Assembly: GCA_009837205.1 (NCBI GenBank)
Contig: VXTZ01000022.1
Coordinates: 70,560 to 134,559, forward strand
DNA from: Candidatus Dadabacteria bacterium
GTDB taxonomy: Bacteria > Desulfobacterota_D > UBA1144 > Nemesobacterales > Nemesobacteraceae
Reading direction: 5' to 3'
DNA length: 64,000 bases
Shown: positions 40,891 through 50,478 of the stretch, one piece after another
Layout: each line of letters starts with the position of its first letter
Position numbering within the stretch: position 1 is the stretch's first letter
Notes under the pieces: generated by a model
Told to the model about the DNA's origin: nothing
The model's input: the letters and a program-made list of their open reading frames with translations, nothing else
The model's database searches: none
Position numbers and translations under genes: made by a program

Positions 40891-41445
40891 TTAATCAATA
40901 ACACCTATCCTTAAGGTTACCTTTTTCGTATTTCTTGCGACCAGTTTTGCTATCATTAGTCCTGCCAGAAACCAGGCAATGAGACTGTCAATGACGATGA
41001 CCGCTACGTAGAGAGTAGGAAAACCAAACCAGTTCCAGTAAGGAAAATGGCTTATAAGCCCTATTGCCGCCCCGATAGAGGCAACAAACCCCACCCGTCC
41101 CCAGTAACCCAGGCCAGCTGTCTGGGAGAGCAGATAGATAACGATCAGAACGCTTACGAGGTCGCCGAGGAACTGGGTCAGAAGCTGATTTGCCATGCTG
41201 GGGGGGTAGGCCTGAGGGAGGGCGTTTACGAAGGCAGCAGTTTCCCCCGCCTCGTGATCCTTATGGGAAAACGGCAGATAGTAAATGCCCGGTTTCGGGG
41301 CATTTGCCTCTATGACTTTGGCAACCTCGGGTTCGTTTGTAAATTTATTAGCTACCATCTGGTGCCATGGAAGAACCATCCATGACACTGAGCCCCAGGC
41401 CAAAAGAATTATTGCGGAAACTATAACAGCGGCCGTTTTCTTCAA
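40891..41445 (-). CDS. Hypothetical membrane protein (184 aa)
   Basis: N-terminal signal/TM and three or four C-terminal TM helices; no family recognised. Confidence 0.45.
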   Translation of the reverse strand: MKKTAAVIVSAIILLAWGSVSWMVLPWHQMVANKFTNEPEVAKVIEANAPKPGIYYLPFSHKDHEAGETAAFVNALPQAYPPSMANQLLTQFLGDLVSVLIVIYLLSQTAGLGYWGRVGFVASIGAAIGLISHFPYWNWFGFPTLYVAVIVIDSLIAWFLAGLMIAKLVARNTKKVTLRIGVID

Positions 41446-41761
41446 AAGCGCTTTCCCTCCGGAGTTTTTAAACCCGGCTATTCCACCAACCGCACATTTC
41501 TATACTAACTAGGAGCTTTGACGATTGTCAATAAATTGAGGGAAATCGGGGAATTAGCAACTGTTCCTTCCTAGTCCGCTTAAGCCGTTATTATTACAGC
41601 TATAGCATCAAAACGAGATTCAAACACCTCAATGATTTTGTCAAAATCTGCGATCTTGAGGATTTTTTACGGAATCAGGCAAGCAACACAACACGAATCT
41701 CGTATTTCTACCTTGGAGAGTTTTTGCGGCAATCAGAATTGAACGCAATCCCGCTGAGAGC

Positions 41762-42817
41762 TTATTTGAAGTAAGGAATTATCTCTTTTGAGTAAGTTTC
41801 AAGAGCCAAGTCCGGATCGGGGCTGAACCTGTAGAACAACACGAAATTCCTTACCCCCGCATCTATGAACTTCTCGATTTTCTCTATGCAGTCCTTTTTC
41901 GATCCCGTAATGGTGAAGTCAAGTATGGCTTCTCTCGGGAAAAGCTGCCCGAGCTGCCTGAACCTCTGCCTTCCCTCTTCATCAGTCGGCACTATGTTGA
42001 AGTAGTTAAGACCGTGATATTCTTCGGGTATCTCGACGTCGTAGCCGGCTTTCAGCAACTGGTCTTGCATGACCAGCACGTACTTGAAAGGTTCTAGAGT
42101 CTCGTAGGCGGCGTCAACGCTTTCTCCAAGAGAGGTGAATACCCACAGGGCTGGGTCAAAACCGTCGTCAAGTGATCTTCCCACGTTATCCGCTGCGGCC
42201 TTTATCTCCCCGAGGTAGCCGGAATAGAGATCGGGATTCAGGTCTATCGGCAGCCATCCGTCGCCTTTTTCTCCCGTCAACTGAAGCCCCTTGGGCGTGT
42301 GGGTGGCCATGTAAAACGGCATCTTGTTTCTCTCGTAGGGCTTTATCTGCAAAAATGCGTTCTCAAGGTTGTAGAACTTTCCGTCAAAATCTACGGGTTC
42401 GTCGGTTTCCCAAAGAAGCTCCATGACTTCTATGGACTCTCTGAGTTTCGAAAGGGGTTTTCCCCAGTCGATTCCGAACGCGTCAAGATTCATCGATTCC
42501 CCGACTCCTAGGGAAAGCACTACCCTGCCCTTTGAAAGCTGATCAACGGTTGCGAGTCTCTGGGCGAAAACGGCGGGATGCATCCTGTGAGGATCGGAAA
42601 CCGTTCCCAAAGCTATGTTTTCCGTTTTCATTGCCGCAGCCGCAGCCACGGTCCACGCCTCGGGAGCAATTGCTCCCGGCGCCACGAAAAGCAGATGGTC
42701 GGGGTACCATATGGTGTCGAATCCAAGCTGGTCGGCTTTTATCGAGAAATTTACGAGTCCGTCAACGTCAGCTCCTGGCATCGGAGCGGAAAGTCCAAAT
42801 TTTATTTCTTTTCCCAT
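41762..42817 (-). CDS. Luciferase-like monooxygenase / LLM-class flavin oxidoreductase
   Basis: TIM-barrel LLM signature (FDTIWYPDHL..., LSKGRVVLSLGVGE). Confidence 0.8.
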   Translation of the reverse strand: MGKEIKFGLSAPMPGADVDGLVNFSIKADQLGFDTIWYPDHLLFVAPGAIAPEAWTVAAAAAMKTENIALGTVSDPHRMHPAVFAQRLATVDQLSKGRVVLSLGVGESMNLDAFGIDWGKPLSKLRESIEVMELLWETDEPVDFDGKFYNLENAFLQIKPYERNKMPFYMATHTPKGLQLTGEKGDGWLPIDLNPDLYSGYLGEIKAAADNVGRSLDDGFDPALWVFTSLGESVDAAYETLEPFKYVLVMQDQLLKAGYDVEIPEEYHGLNYFNIVPTDEEGRQRFRQLGQLFPREAILDFTITGSKKDCIEKIEKFIDAGVRNFVLFYRFSPDPDLALETYSKEIIPYFK

Positions 42818-42926
42818 TATATGGCACCTCGATTATGGTTTTGGAAGTAGATAGCGACCACGGTAGAATTATGGTTAATTTACGGTTTAAAGGCAAATAA
42901 TTCAGTAAATATCCTGGAGGTGTGAA

Positions 42927-43952
42927 ATGAAATTCGGAGTCGGACTCTTCAGCATGCAGACCCACAAGGATCTTGATTACCGCCATGTGGATCTTTACAG
43001 AAATTCCCTAGAGCACGTGAGACTTGCCGAAGCGGTGAATTTCGATTCGGTCTGGCTTTCCGAGCATCATTTTCTTGAGGATGGTTACTGCTCTTCACCC
43101 CTTGGGATGGCCGCCGCGATGGCCGCTGTGACTGAGAGGGTGAGAATAGGTACCGGAGCCTTTATACTCACGCTTCATAACCCCGTGAGGGTGGCCGAAG
43201 ACGCTGCTACGGTCGATCTCATTTCCGGCGGAAGATTCGATCTGGGAGTTGCAATAGGATACAGAAAAGAAGAGTTCGAAGGGTTCGGAATTCCGGTGGC
43301 GCAAAGACCCTCGAGGATTGAAGAAGGCATAGAGATAATCGAGAAATGCTGGGAGGACGGCCCCTTTTCCTATGAAGGCAAGAGGTTCAGCTTCTCAAAC
43401 ATAGATGTTACTCCCAAGCCCGTGCAGAGACCCATACCTATATACATAGGAGCTTTCGAGGAACCCGCCGTACGGCGAGCCGGGCGCCTCGGGTACCCGC
43501 TTCTTATCGGCCCCGGCAGGACGGTTCCCATGATAATGGATACTCTAGGGTGGTATAACGATGAGGCTGAGAAAGCCGGTCGCGATCCGTCCGAAGCGGA
43601 GCACATACTGCTTCGGGAAACTTACGTGCGTGAGAGTACGGAAGAGGCCATTGCAGGTGGAACCGAGTACGTAATAAACATGTACAAGTTTTACCTAAGC
43701 CTAGGGGTCAAGATAGTGATAAGAGGGAAAACCATAACTGACCCTGATGATCCTTTCTTCGAATACATGGCGGAAGACCGCTTTATGATCGGCACCCCTG
43801 AGCACTGCGTTCAGGAGGTAAAGAAGTACGCAGAGAAAGCGGGAATCCGCAACATAATGTGCAGAATGGTGTTTCCCCAGGCTCCTGCCGAAGTCATAGC
43901 GCACTCGATTGAGCTTTTTGGAAAAGAGGTTATTCCCGAATTTAAACCTTAA
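42927..43952 (+). CDS. Luciferase-like monooxygenase / LLM-class flavin oxidoreductase (second, distant paralog)
   Basis: FDSVWLSEHHF..., ISGGRFDLGVAIGY. Confidence 0.8.
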   Translation: MKFGVGLFSMQTHKDLDYRHVDLYRNSLEHVRLAEAVNFDSVWLSEHHFLEDGYCSSPLGMAAAMAAVTERVRIGTGAFILTLHNPVRVAEDAATVDLISGGRFDLGVAIGYRKEEFEGFGIPVAQRPSRIEEGIEIIEKCWEDGPFSYEGKRFSFSNIDVTPKPVQRPIPIYIGAFEEPAVRRAGRLGYPLLIGPGRTVPMIMDTLGWYNDEAEKAGRDPSEAEHILLRETYVRESTEEAIAGGTEYVINMYKFYLSLGVKIVIRGKTITDPDDPFFEYMAEDRFMIGTPEHCVQEVKKYAEKAGIRNIMCRMVFPQAPAEVIAHSIELFGKEVIPEFKP

Positions 43953-44119
43953 CCCGTAAAGACCTAAAAAGACGGTGGATGCGGACGCATCCGGGAAGCT
44001 GTCTTGCGGACTTTGCGTCTTGCACGGTTTCTTGACAGCCTCAACTCAAGCCACCACCCCGGCCAGTTGAGATCAGCCTCGATTTTTCTCCGCCAAGACA
44101 GCTTCTCGAACCCGCTTCG

Positions 44120-46057
44120 CTACCGGACTATTGAAACTCCGGAAATCATGCTGAACCCCGGGGATGAAAAACCGAAAACATTTTCATAATCTTCGTTGAA
44201 CAAGTTATTGATTCTTGAAAACAGCTTGATTTTGTCAACAAATCTTTTCACGCTGATTTCGTAGGAAGTCGCTACGTCAACGAGAAAAAAAGAATCGTTT
44301 TTAACTCTGGTGCTTGGAAACCCGCTCCAGTCCACATCATCTCTACTGCCTACGTAATTTCCCGAAAGGCTAAAGTCAAAAGCATTTTTTGAATAACCTG
44401 TATTAAATGAGAACGAATGCTCAGGGATCCGTACGAGCCTTTCTCCCTTAGAGAAGGACGGAGACCCGAGGCCGCCGTCATCGTTTACTTCGGTTTTAAC
44501 ATACGTGTAGGCTGCGCTTAAGGTTAAAACGCTGCTCGGGTAAAAACGGATTGCAGCTTCTGCCCCCTCCGACTTCGCGCGGCTTATGTTCTCGTAATTG
44601 GTGCCGTTTTCAAACGGCGTGAAGCTGTATGCGATAATGTTTTTGAATTTGTTTTGGAAGAAACTCAAGTCAAGTTCGACTGTGTTATCAAACAGCGGCT
44701 GGTTAAAGCCTACTTCCGCAGTCAGGGCTTCTTCGGGTTTCAGATCCGGGTTGGGTATTGTTCCGAAAGCCGTGCTGAAATTTTCAAAAAAATTCGCTTC
44801 CTTGATTCCTCTGCTAATTCCTCCTCTTATCTCGGTTCCGGATTCTTTGATCTTCCACTTAGCAAAGACACTCGGACTCCACTCGCCCCCGAATGCCTCA
44901 TTGTCGTCATATCTTATGCCCGCTGTTACGAAGAACATATTAAGCAACCCAAAGTTGTTCTGGGCGTAGAAGGCGTAGTTTTTTCTTGATTCATCCAGAG
45001 AGTCCGTCTCGAAACTTTCTTTTTCGTACTCGAAACCCGTTGAAGTTACGCTTGAGATCTGATCGAAGTCGACAAAAAAACTTGACCCGTACTCAAGCGA
45101 TATTCTTTTATCAAGAGTATCAAACTCTGATTCGGACCCGTCCAGTTCAATGGGCTCGGGACCGTCATAGCTTTCCCGGTCAAGTTTCATATATCCGATC
45201 TTAAAAGAGTTCTCCCACCACTGCGTCGGGGAAAAAACAATGTCCGAGCCCGTGACGAGCGATTTTTCTTTCGTCTGGCTGTCGGGGTCAGCAAACGCAT
45301 CAAGCCTGTCTCCCGCTCCCGCGGTCGGGAATTCGAACTTTGAATCTCTGTATATGGAGAAAAATGAGAGATTTAAATTGTCGCTTGCTTCCAAGCTCAG
45401 GTTCGCCGTGAAGTTATTGTTTTTGTAATCGTTATTGATTTCTAAGATGCCCTCATCGATGATTCTCTGGTGAGAAATAAAATAGCCCAGCTTCTCAAAA
45501 CTGCCCGAGATGCTTGAGGAATGCTCAAGGATCATGGCGTCTTCGGCACGGAATCCTAAGGCCACGGAGCTTGCTTTTTTCATTTTTCCGCTTCCGCGTT
45601 TCGTTATTATGTTTATAACGGAAGATGCCGCGTCGGAACCGTAAAGAGATGAGTGTGCGCCCTTTATTATCTCTATTCTCTCTATGTTCTCAGTGGTAAG
45701 GGAAGAGATGTCAAAACCTCCTCCAGCTTGGTTTATCTGAACGCCGTTTATCATCACAAGGTTATAGTCCGACTGGCCTCCCCTTACAAAAATCGATGAG
45801 TTCCCTCCACGACTTCCCGTGCCGACCACGTTGAATCCTGCAACTCTCGAAAGTATCGATGAGATGTCTTTTTCCCCGCTCTTCTCGATTTCTTCTCTGT
45901 CAATGACGGTAACCGTAGATCCGAGACGCTCGGCGTCAATCCAGGTTTTTGTTCCCGTCACTACAATCTTTTCTGCTCTGTTTTCTTCCGAAAAACCCGC
46001 GGACGGAAACAAAGCTAGGATCAAAATAAAGGCGAAAAATATTTTAAGTCTGTTCAT
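44120..46057 (-). CDS. TonB-dependent outer-membrane receptor, probably BtuB-like for cobalamin
   Basis: Signal peptide, a TonB-box/plug domain (IVVTGTKT...) and a C-terminal beta-barrel; preceded by a cobalamin riboswitch. Confidence 0.8.
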   Translation of the reverse strand: MNRLKIFFAFILILALFPSAGFSEENRAEKIVVTGTKTWIDAERLGSTVTVIDREEIEKSGEKDISSILSRVAGFNVVGTGSRGGNSSIFVRGGQSDYNLVMINGVQINQAGGGFDISSLTTENIERIEIIKGAHSSLYGSDAASSVINIITKRGSGKMKKASSVALGFRAEDAMILEHSSSISGSFEKLGYFISHQRIIDEGILEINNDYKNNNFTANLSLEASDNLNLSFFSIYRDSKFEFPTAGAGDRLDAFADPDSQTKEKSLVTGSDIVFSPTQWWENSFKIGYMKLDRESYDGPEPIELDGSESEFDTLDKRISLEYGSSFFVDFDQISSVTSTGFEYEKESFETDSLDESRKNYAFYAQNNFGLLNMFFVTAGIRYDDNEAFGGEWSPSVFAKWKIKESGTEIRGGISRGIKEANFFENFSTAFGTIPNPDLKPEEALTAEVGFNQPLFDNTVELDLSFFQNKFKNIIAYSFTPFENGTNYENISRAKSEGAEAAIRFYPSSVLTLSAAYTYVKTEVNDDGGLGSPSFSKGERLVRIPEHSFSFNTGYSKNAFDFSLSGNYVGSRDDVDWSGFPSTRVKNDSFFLVDVATSYEISVKRFVDKIKLFSRINNLFNEDYENVFGFSSPGFSMISGVSIVR

Positions 46058-46269
46058 TCTTGACTCCTCCAGGTGCTGGTAGATAGCTTTCCCCGGAAGA
46101 GCGGCTAAATGAATGAACACATAGGGCGGAAATAAGAAAATGCGCGAATGCGCCGGAAATAAAAAATGTGTTTTTAATCGCCATACGCCTAACTCCCGAG
46201 GCAGAGCCACTAGATTGACTCAGGCAGGTCTTCCGACTTAAAGGGCCGCCTGTTATCAAAACAGAGCAA

Positions 46270-46415
46270 CTTTTCCAGATACGGCCTTCCCGGCTGTATT
46301 AAAGCCAGTGACCCGAAGCGCAAGCACGCTTCGCATGGGCTGGAAAAAACCCTTATTACGGCTACGGGAACAGTTCGGGACTTTCACCCGATTCCCTTAA
46401 CCTGAATCTAAATAC
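46270..46415 (-). promoter_or_regulatory. Cobalamin (B12) riboswitch in the 5' leader of the TonB-dependent receptor
   Basis: The minus strand reads AAGGGAATCGGGTGAAAGTCCCGAACTGTTCCCGTAGCCGTAA ... GTCACTGGC ... AGCCGGGAAGGCC, matching the conserved cobalamin-riboswitch core and B12 box. Confidence 0.7.
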
Positions 46416-46490
46416 AATGGTACAGGCTGGCTGTGGAGATGTCAAAGGCTCCCAGTCGACGGGAAGGCGTAATCAGGAATCGCCTTGTGT

Positions 46491-46745
46491 TTAGGAAGCA
46501 AGCATGCGGTCAAGTTCCCCTGAACGCTCAAGGGCCGCAAGGTCGTCATAACCGCCTATGAACTGCTCATTTACGAAGATCATGGGTACGGTTCTCCAGT
46601 TAAGGCTCTCAACGAGTTCCTTTCTTTTTTCTATGTCTTCATCAAGCCTTATCTCTTCGTAGTCCACTTGTTTTTTGTCAAGGAGCCTTTTTGCCCTTCT
46701 GCAGTAAATGCAATAAAAACTTGTGTATATGGTTACGGAACTCAA
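46491..46745 (-). CDS. Glutaredoxin
   Basis: YCIYC active site, TVPMIFV and GGYDD motifs; 84 aa. Confidence 0.85.
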   Translation of the reverse strand: MSSVTIYTSFYCIYCRRAKRLLDKKQVDYEEIRLDEDIEKRKELVESLNWRTVPMIFVNEQFIGGYDDLAALERSGELDRMLAS

Positions 46746-46852
46746 TATAGCACCTCGGTTTGTTTTTGGGTCCTATGATGCTTGGTTTTTAGTATATATT
46801 CAAGTACGTTAAGCACTTACGTGTCCTTACTGGGCGATGGAGTTTTTGCACT

Positions 46853-47404
46853 ATGCGGGAAAAGGTCTTTTTTTTCTTGGGGCTTTCGCTGATTTTCCTT
46901 ATGAGTTCGTGCTCTGCCACGAAGTTTCTGGTGAACTATGCCTCGGGTGATGACAGGAAGTCTGGAAAGATGAAGGACTGGGTCTACACCACGGAACTAA
47001 ACAGTTACCGTGTCGCACCTCTTTCGCAGAACTGGGAAAGAGTGTCGATAGAAGGTGGGGATATAGCTTTTTACAATCCGGCGAGTGACCTCGTCCTAAC
47101 GGTAAGTTCGCTCTGCACGGACCGGGATTATAATCTTCAGACGCTCTCGGATTCCTTGGTGGTTGGCTTGAGCAAGAAGCGGATTAAACTGCGAGAGGAT
47201 ATAGAAGTCGACGGTGCCGCGGGGCTATACACAGAATACGAGGCGTCGCTTGACGATGAGAGTTTCATGCTTGCGACGGTAGTGCATAAGTCCGGCAAGT
47301 GCGATTATGACTTCAGTTATTCTGCAGGCTCGGCCGACTTCAAAGCGAATCTTGGGAAGTTCATTGATTTCGTTTCAGGTTTCGAGGAGATCTGGGCTAA
47401 ATGA
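46853..47404 (+). CDS. Hypothetical lipoprotein upstream of mlaE
   Basis: Signal plus lipobox MSSC; 183 aa. Confidence 0.5.
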   Translation: MREKVFFFLGLSLIFLMSSCSATKFLVNYASGDDRKSGKMKDWVYTTELNSYRVAPLSQNWERVSIEGGDIAFYNPASDLVLTVSSLCTDRDYNLQTLSDSLVVGLSKKRIKLREDIEVDGAAGLYTEYEASLDDESFMLATVVHKSGKCDYDFSYSAGSADFKANLGKFIDFVSGFEEIWAK

Positions 47405-48189
47405 GCAGGTTTGTATCCGAGGTTTTCAACAGTTTTCTTAACTTTGTTCTCGGTGTTGGAGAGGTCTGTTTTTTCTTCTGGAATTCAATCGTAGCTACTG
47501 TTACTCCCCCATATGATTACGGTCTTCTGATGGCCCAGATATACGATATAGGTTATCGTTCCATCTCAATAGTAGTGGTTTCCGCCATGGCGATCGGAAT
47601 GGTGATGGTGGTGCAGCTGGCGTGGGGATTCGCGTGGTTCGGGGCGAAGGGGCTTGTAGGTCCCGTGGTTACTCTCTCGTTCGTGAGGGAGCTCGGTCCC
47701 ATAATAACCTCTCTTCTTGTGGGCGGTAGGGTTGGTTCCGGTATCACGGCCGAGATAAGCTCGATGAAGGTAACGGAGCAGATAGACGCCATAAAGACCC
47801 TTGGAGCCGATCCGATCAGAAAACTTGTCTCTCCGAGGCTTATGGCATGCATCATATCTTTTCCACTGCTTGCGGTAATATCTAACCTCGCGGGCATAGG
47901 AGGGGCGATGATCATCTCTCAGATGGAACTTAACGTGAAACCCACTCTTTTCATCGAAAGCATAAGAGGCTGGGTTTCTCTTGAAGACCTGATGACCGGT
48001 ATTTCCAAGACGCTGTTTTTCGGAATCATAGTGGCGATCACGGGCTGCTATGTGGGAATGAAGGCCGAGGGGGGAACACGCGGGGTCGGAAACGCCACCA
48101 CTAAAACTGTTGTGATCTCGCTTTTCCTGATAATACTTTTCGACTTCATTCTCTCGAAAATATTCGTCATTGCTTTTTATGACTTCTAA
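47401..48189 (+). CDS. mlaE: MlaE/YrbE-family ABC transporter permease
   Basis: Conserved MlaE region (QIDAIKTLGADPIRKLVSPRL...). Confidence 0.8.
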   Translation: MSRFVSEVFNSFLNFVLGVGEVCFFFWNSIVATVTPPYDYGLLMAQIYDIGYRSISIVVVSAMAIGMVMVVQLAWGFAWFGAKGLVGPVVTLSFVRELGPIITSLLVGGRVGSGITAEISSMKVTEQIDAIKTLGADPIRKLVSPRLMACIISFPLLAVISNLAGIGGAMIISQMELNVKPTLFIESIRGWVSLEDLMTGISKTLFFGIIVAITGCYVGMKAEGGTRGVGNATTKTVVISLFLIILFDFILSKIFVIAFYDF

Positions 48190-48278
48190 ATCTTTTGTCC
48201 GACCCGCTTAAATTTCTTTGACTTTGAGCTTACATTCGGTAGAATCGATACCCTTAATTTATCCGAAGAGAGAATACT

Positions 48279-48707
48279 ATGAAGTCATACATGGCCAGAA
48301 ACGACGATTTTGAAAAGAAGTGGTACCTGATCGACGCTCGGGGAAAACCCGTCGGAAGGCTTGCAACCAAGGTGGTTTCGATTCTTAGGGGCAAGGGCAA
48401 ACCGCAGTTTGCTCCTCATTCGGATATCGGAGATTTCGTCGTTATAGTCAACGCCGATAAAGCCACATTCTCTGGCAGGAAGTGGGAGCAGAAAACCTAC
48501 TACAGCCATTCCCACTATCCCGGGGGACTTAAATCCGTTACTGCGCAAGAACTGGCCGAGAAAAAGCCGGGAGAGATAATCCGCAAGGCCGTCTGGGGGA
48601 TGCTTCCCAAAAACAGGTGGCAGAAGAAACTCATACAGCGGATGAAAGTCTATGTCGGAGACAAGCATCCGCACATGGCCCAAAATCCCGAGGTTCTGGA
48701 GGTCTGA
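48279..48707 (+). CDS. rplM: 50S ribosomal protein L13
   Basis: Typical L13 sequence. Confidence 0.9.
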   Translation: MKSYMARNDDFEKKWYLIDARGKPVGRLATKVVSILRGKGKPQFAPHSDIGDFVVIVNADKATFSGRKWEQKTYYSHSHYPGGLKSVTAQELAEKKPGEIIRKAVWGMLPKNRWQKKLIQRMKVYVGDKHPHMAQNPEVLEV

Positions 48708-48713
48708 TTCATT

Positions 48714-49109
48714 ATGCCTGAAACCGTTATTTACAATGGCACGGGGAGAAGAAAAACGTCAATCGCAAGAGTCTGGCTTAGGAGAGGTAGCGGTTCCATT
48801 ACCGTGAACAAAAAATCCGTGGAAGAGTACTTTCCCAGAGAAGTATGGCAGATAAAGGCCCGCGAACCACTTAGCGTCACCGATACTTCTATGGAGTATG
48901 ACGTGATGGTCAGGGTGAAGGGAGGAGGACTTACCGGCCAGGCGGGAGCCATGAGCCACGGACTTGCCAGAGCCCTTCTCAAGGCCAACGAGTCGCTTCG
49001 CAAGAAACTCAAGGTTTCCGGACTGCTGAAACGCGATCCCAGGATGGTTGAGAGCAAAAAGTATGGGAAACGCAAGGCGAGAAGGGGACAGCAGTTCTCC
49101 AAAAGGTAA
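48714..49109 (+). CDS. rpsI: 30S ribosomal protein S9
   Basis: C-terminal ...KYGKRKARRGQQFSKR. Confidence 0.9.
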   Translation: MPETVIYNGTGRRKTSIARVWLRRGSGSITVNKKSVEEYFPREVWQIKAREPLSVTDTSMEYDVMVRVKGGGLTGQAGAMSHGLARALLKANESLRKKLKVSGLLKRDPRMVESKKYGKRKARRGQQFSKR

Positions 49110-49182
49110 TTCATACTTGACCGATCCAAACCAGAAGTTCCAGAGAAAATTCGACATCCGCCCGGCCAAGGGAAAGCTTGGG

Positions 49183-50460
49183 GTGCTGATCCCTGGGATG
49201 AGCGGGGCGGTAAGCACAACTTTCATAGCGGGCGTAAAGGCGGTGGTAAAGGGAGTGGGAAGGCCCATCGGCTCCCTGACGCAGATGGGGAAAATCAGGC
49301 TCGGCAAAAGAACCGAGAAGAACTTTCCTCTCATAAAAGATTTGGTTCCGCTGGCCGAAATCCAGGACATGGTGTTTGCCGGATGGGACATACACGATGA
49401 AGACTGCCACGCCTCGGCGCTTCGGGCCGGAGTGCTCAGTCCCGAACTTCTCGGGAAAATAAGACGGGATCTTGAAAAAGAGTCACCTATGCGGGCTGTT
49501 TTCGATAACAGGTACGTCCGTAATCTCAAGGGTTCCTACGTAAAAAGGGGCAAGACGAAGATGCATCTTGCCGAGGCCCTGATCAGGGACATAAAGAGAT
49601 TCCAGAGGGAAAACGATATCGAAAGGTTGGTAATGCTCTGGTGCGGGAGTACCGAGGTATATCTTGAGCCGTCGGAAGTTCATGAAACCATAGAGAGTTT
49701 CGAGAAGGGGCTAAGGGAAAATCACGACGATATTCCCCCGAGCATGATCTACGCCTACGCGGCCATAAAATGCGGCGCCTCCTACGGGAACGGGGCCCCT
49801 AATCTATCCGTGGACATCCCCGCGCTTCAGCAGCTCGCGATTGAAAACGAGGTTCCAATAGCCGGCAAAGACTTCAAAACCGGCCAGACACTCATGAAGA
49901 CTATTCTGGCTCCGGGTCTTAAAAGCAGGATGCTCGGGCTCAACGGGTGGTTTTCAACCAATATACTGGGTAACCGGGACGGAGAGGTGCTTGATGATCC
50001 CGGTTCTTTCAAAACCAAGGAAGAAAGCAAGCTGGGTGCACTTGAGTACATATTTCAGCCCGAGATAAATCCTGAGCTTTACTCGGATTACTACCACAAG
50101 GTAAGAATAAACTACTACCCGCCGCGCGGAGACGAAAAAGAGGCGTGGGACAATATAGATGTTTTCGGATGGCTTGATTATCCCATGCAGATAAAGATCA
50201 ATTTTCTCTGCCGTGACAGTATACTCGCCGCACCGGTGGTTCTTGATCTCGTGCTGTTCCTAGATCTTGCGCATCGCGCCGGTATCTACGGGGTCCAGGA
50301 GTGGCTTTCCTTTTATTTCAAAAGTCCCATGGTCGATAAGAGGCTCTACCCAGAGCACGATCTTTTCGTTCAGTTCACCAAGCTGCAGAACACGCTTCGC
50401 TACCTGCAGGGCGAGGAACTGATAAGCCATCTGGGGATTGATTACTACGGTTTCGGCTAA
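49183..50460 (+). CDS. myo-Inositol-1-phosphate synthase, archaeal/bacterial type; start ambiguous between TTG 49117 and GTG 49183
   Basis: Rossmann N-terminus (VLIPGMSGAVSTTFIAG) and conserved MIPS core motifs (SYGNGAPN, NGWFSTNILGNRDG). Confidence 0.75.
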   Translation: MLIPGMSGAVSTTFIAGVKAVVKGVGRPIGSLTQMGKIRLGKRTEKNFPLIKDLVPLAEIQDMVFAGWDIHDEDCHASALRAGVLSPELLGKIRRDLEKESPMRAVFDNRYVRNLKGSYVKRGKTKMHLAEALIRDIKRFQRENDIERLVMLWCGSTEVYLEPSEVHETIESFEKGLRENHDDIPPSMIYAYAAIKCGASYGNGAPNLSVDIPALQQLAIENEVPIAGKDFKTGQTLMKTILAPGLKSRMLGLNGWFSTNILGNRDGEVLDDPGSFKTKEESKLGALEYIFQPEINPELYSDYYHKVRINYYPPRGDEKEAWDNIDVFGWLDYPMQIKINFLCRDSILAAPVVLDLVLFLDLAHRAGIYGVQEWLSFYFKSPMVDKRLYPEHDLFVQFTKLQNTLRYLQGEELISHLGIDYYGFG

Positions 50461-50478
50461 GCGGGCCGCGGTTCTGCT

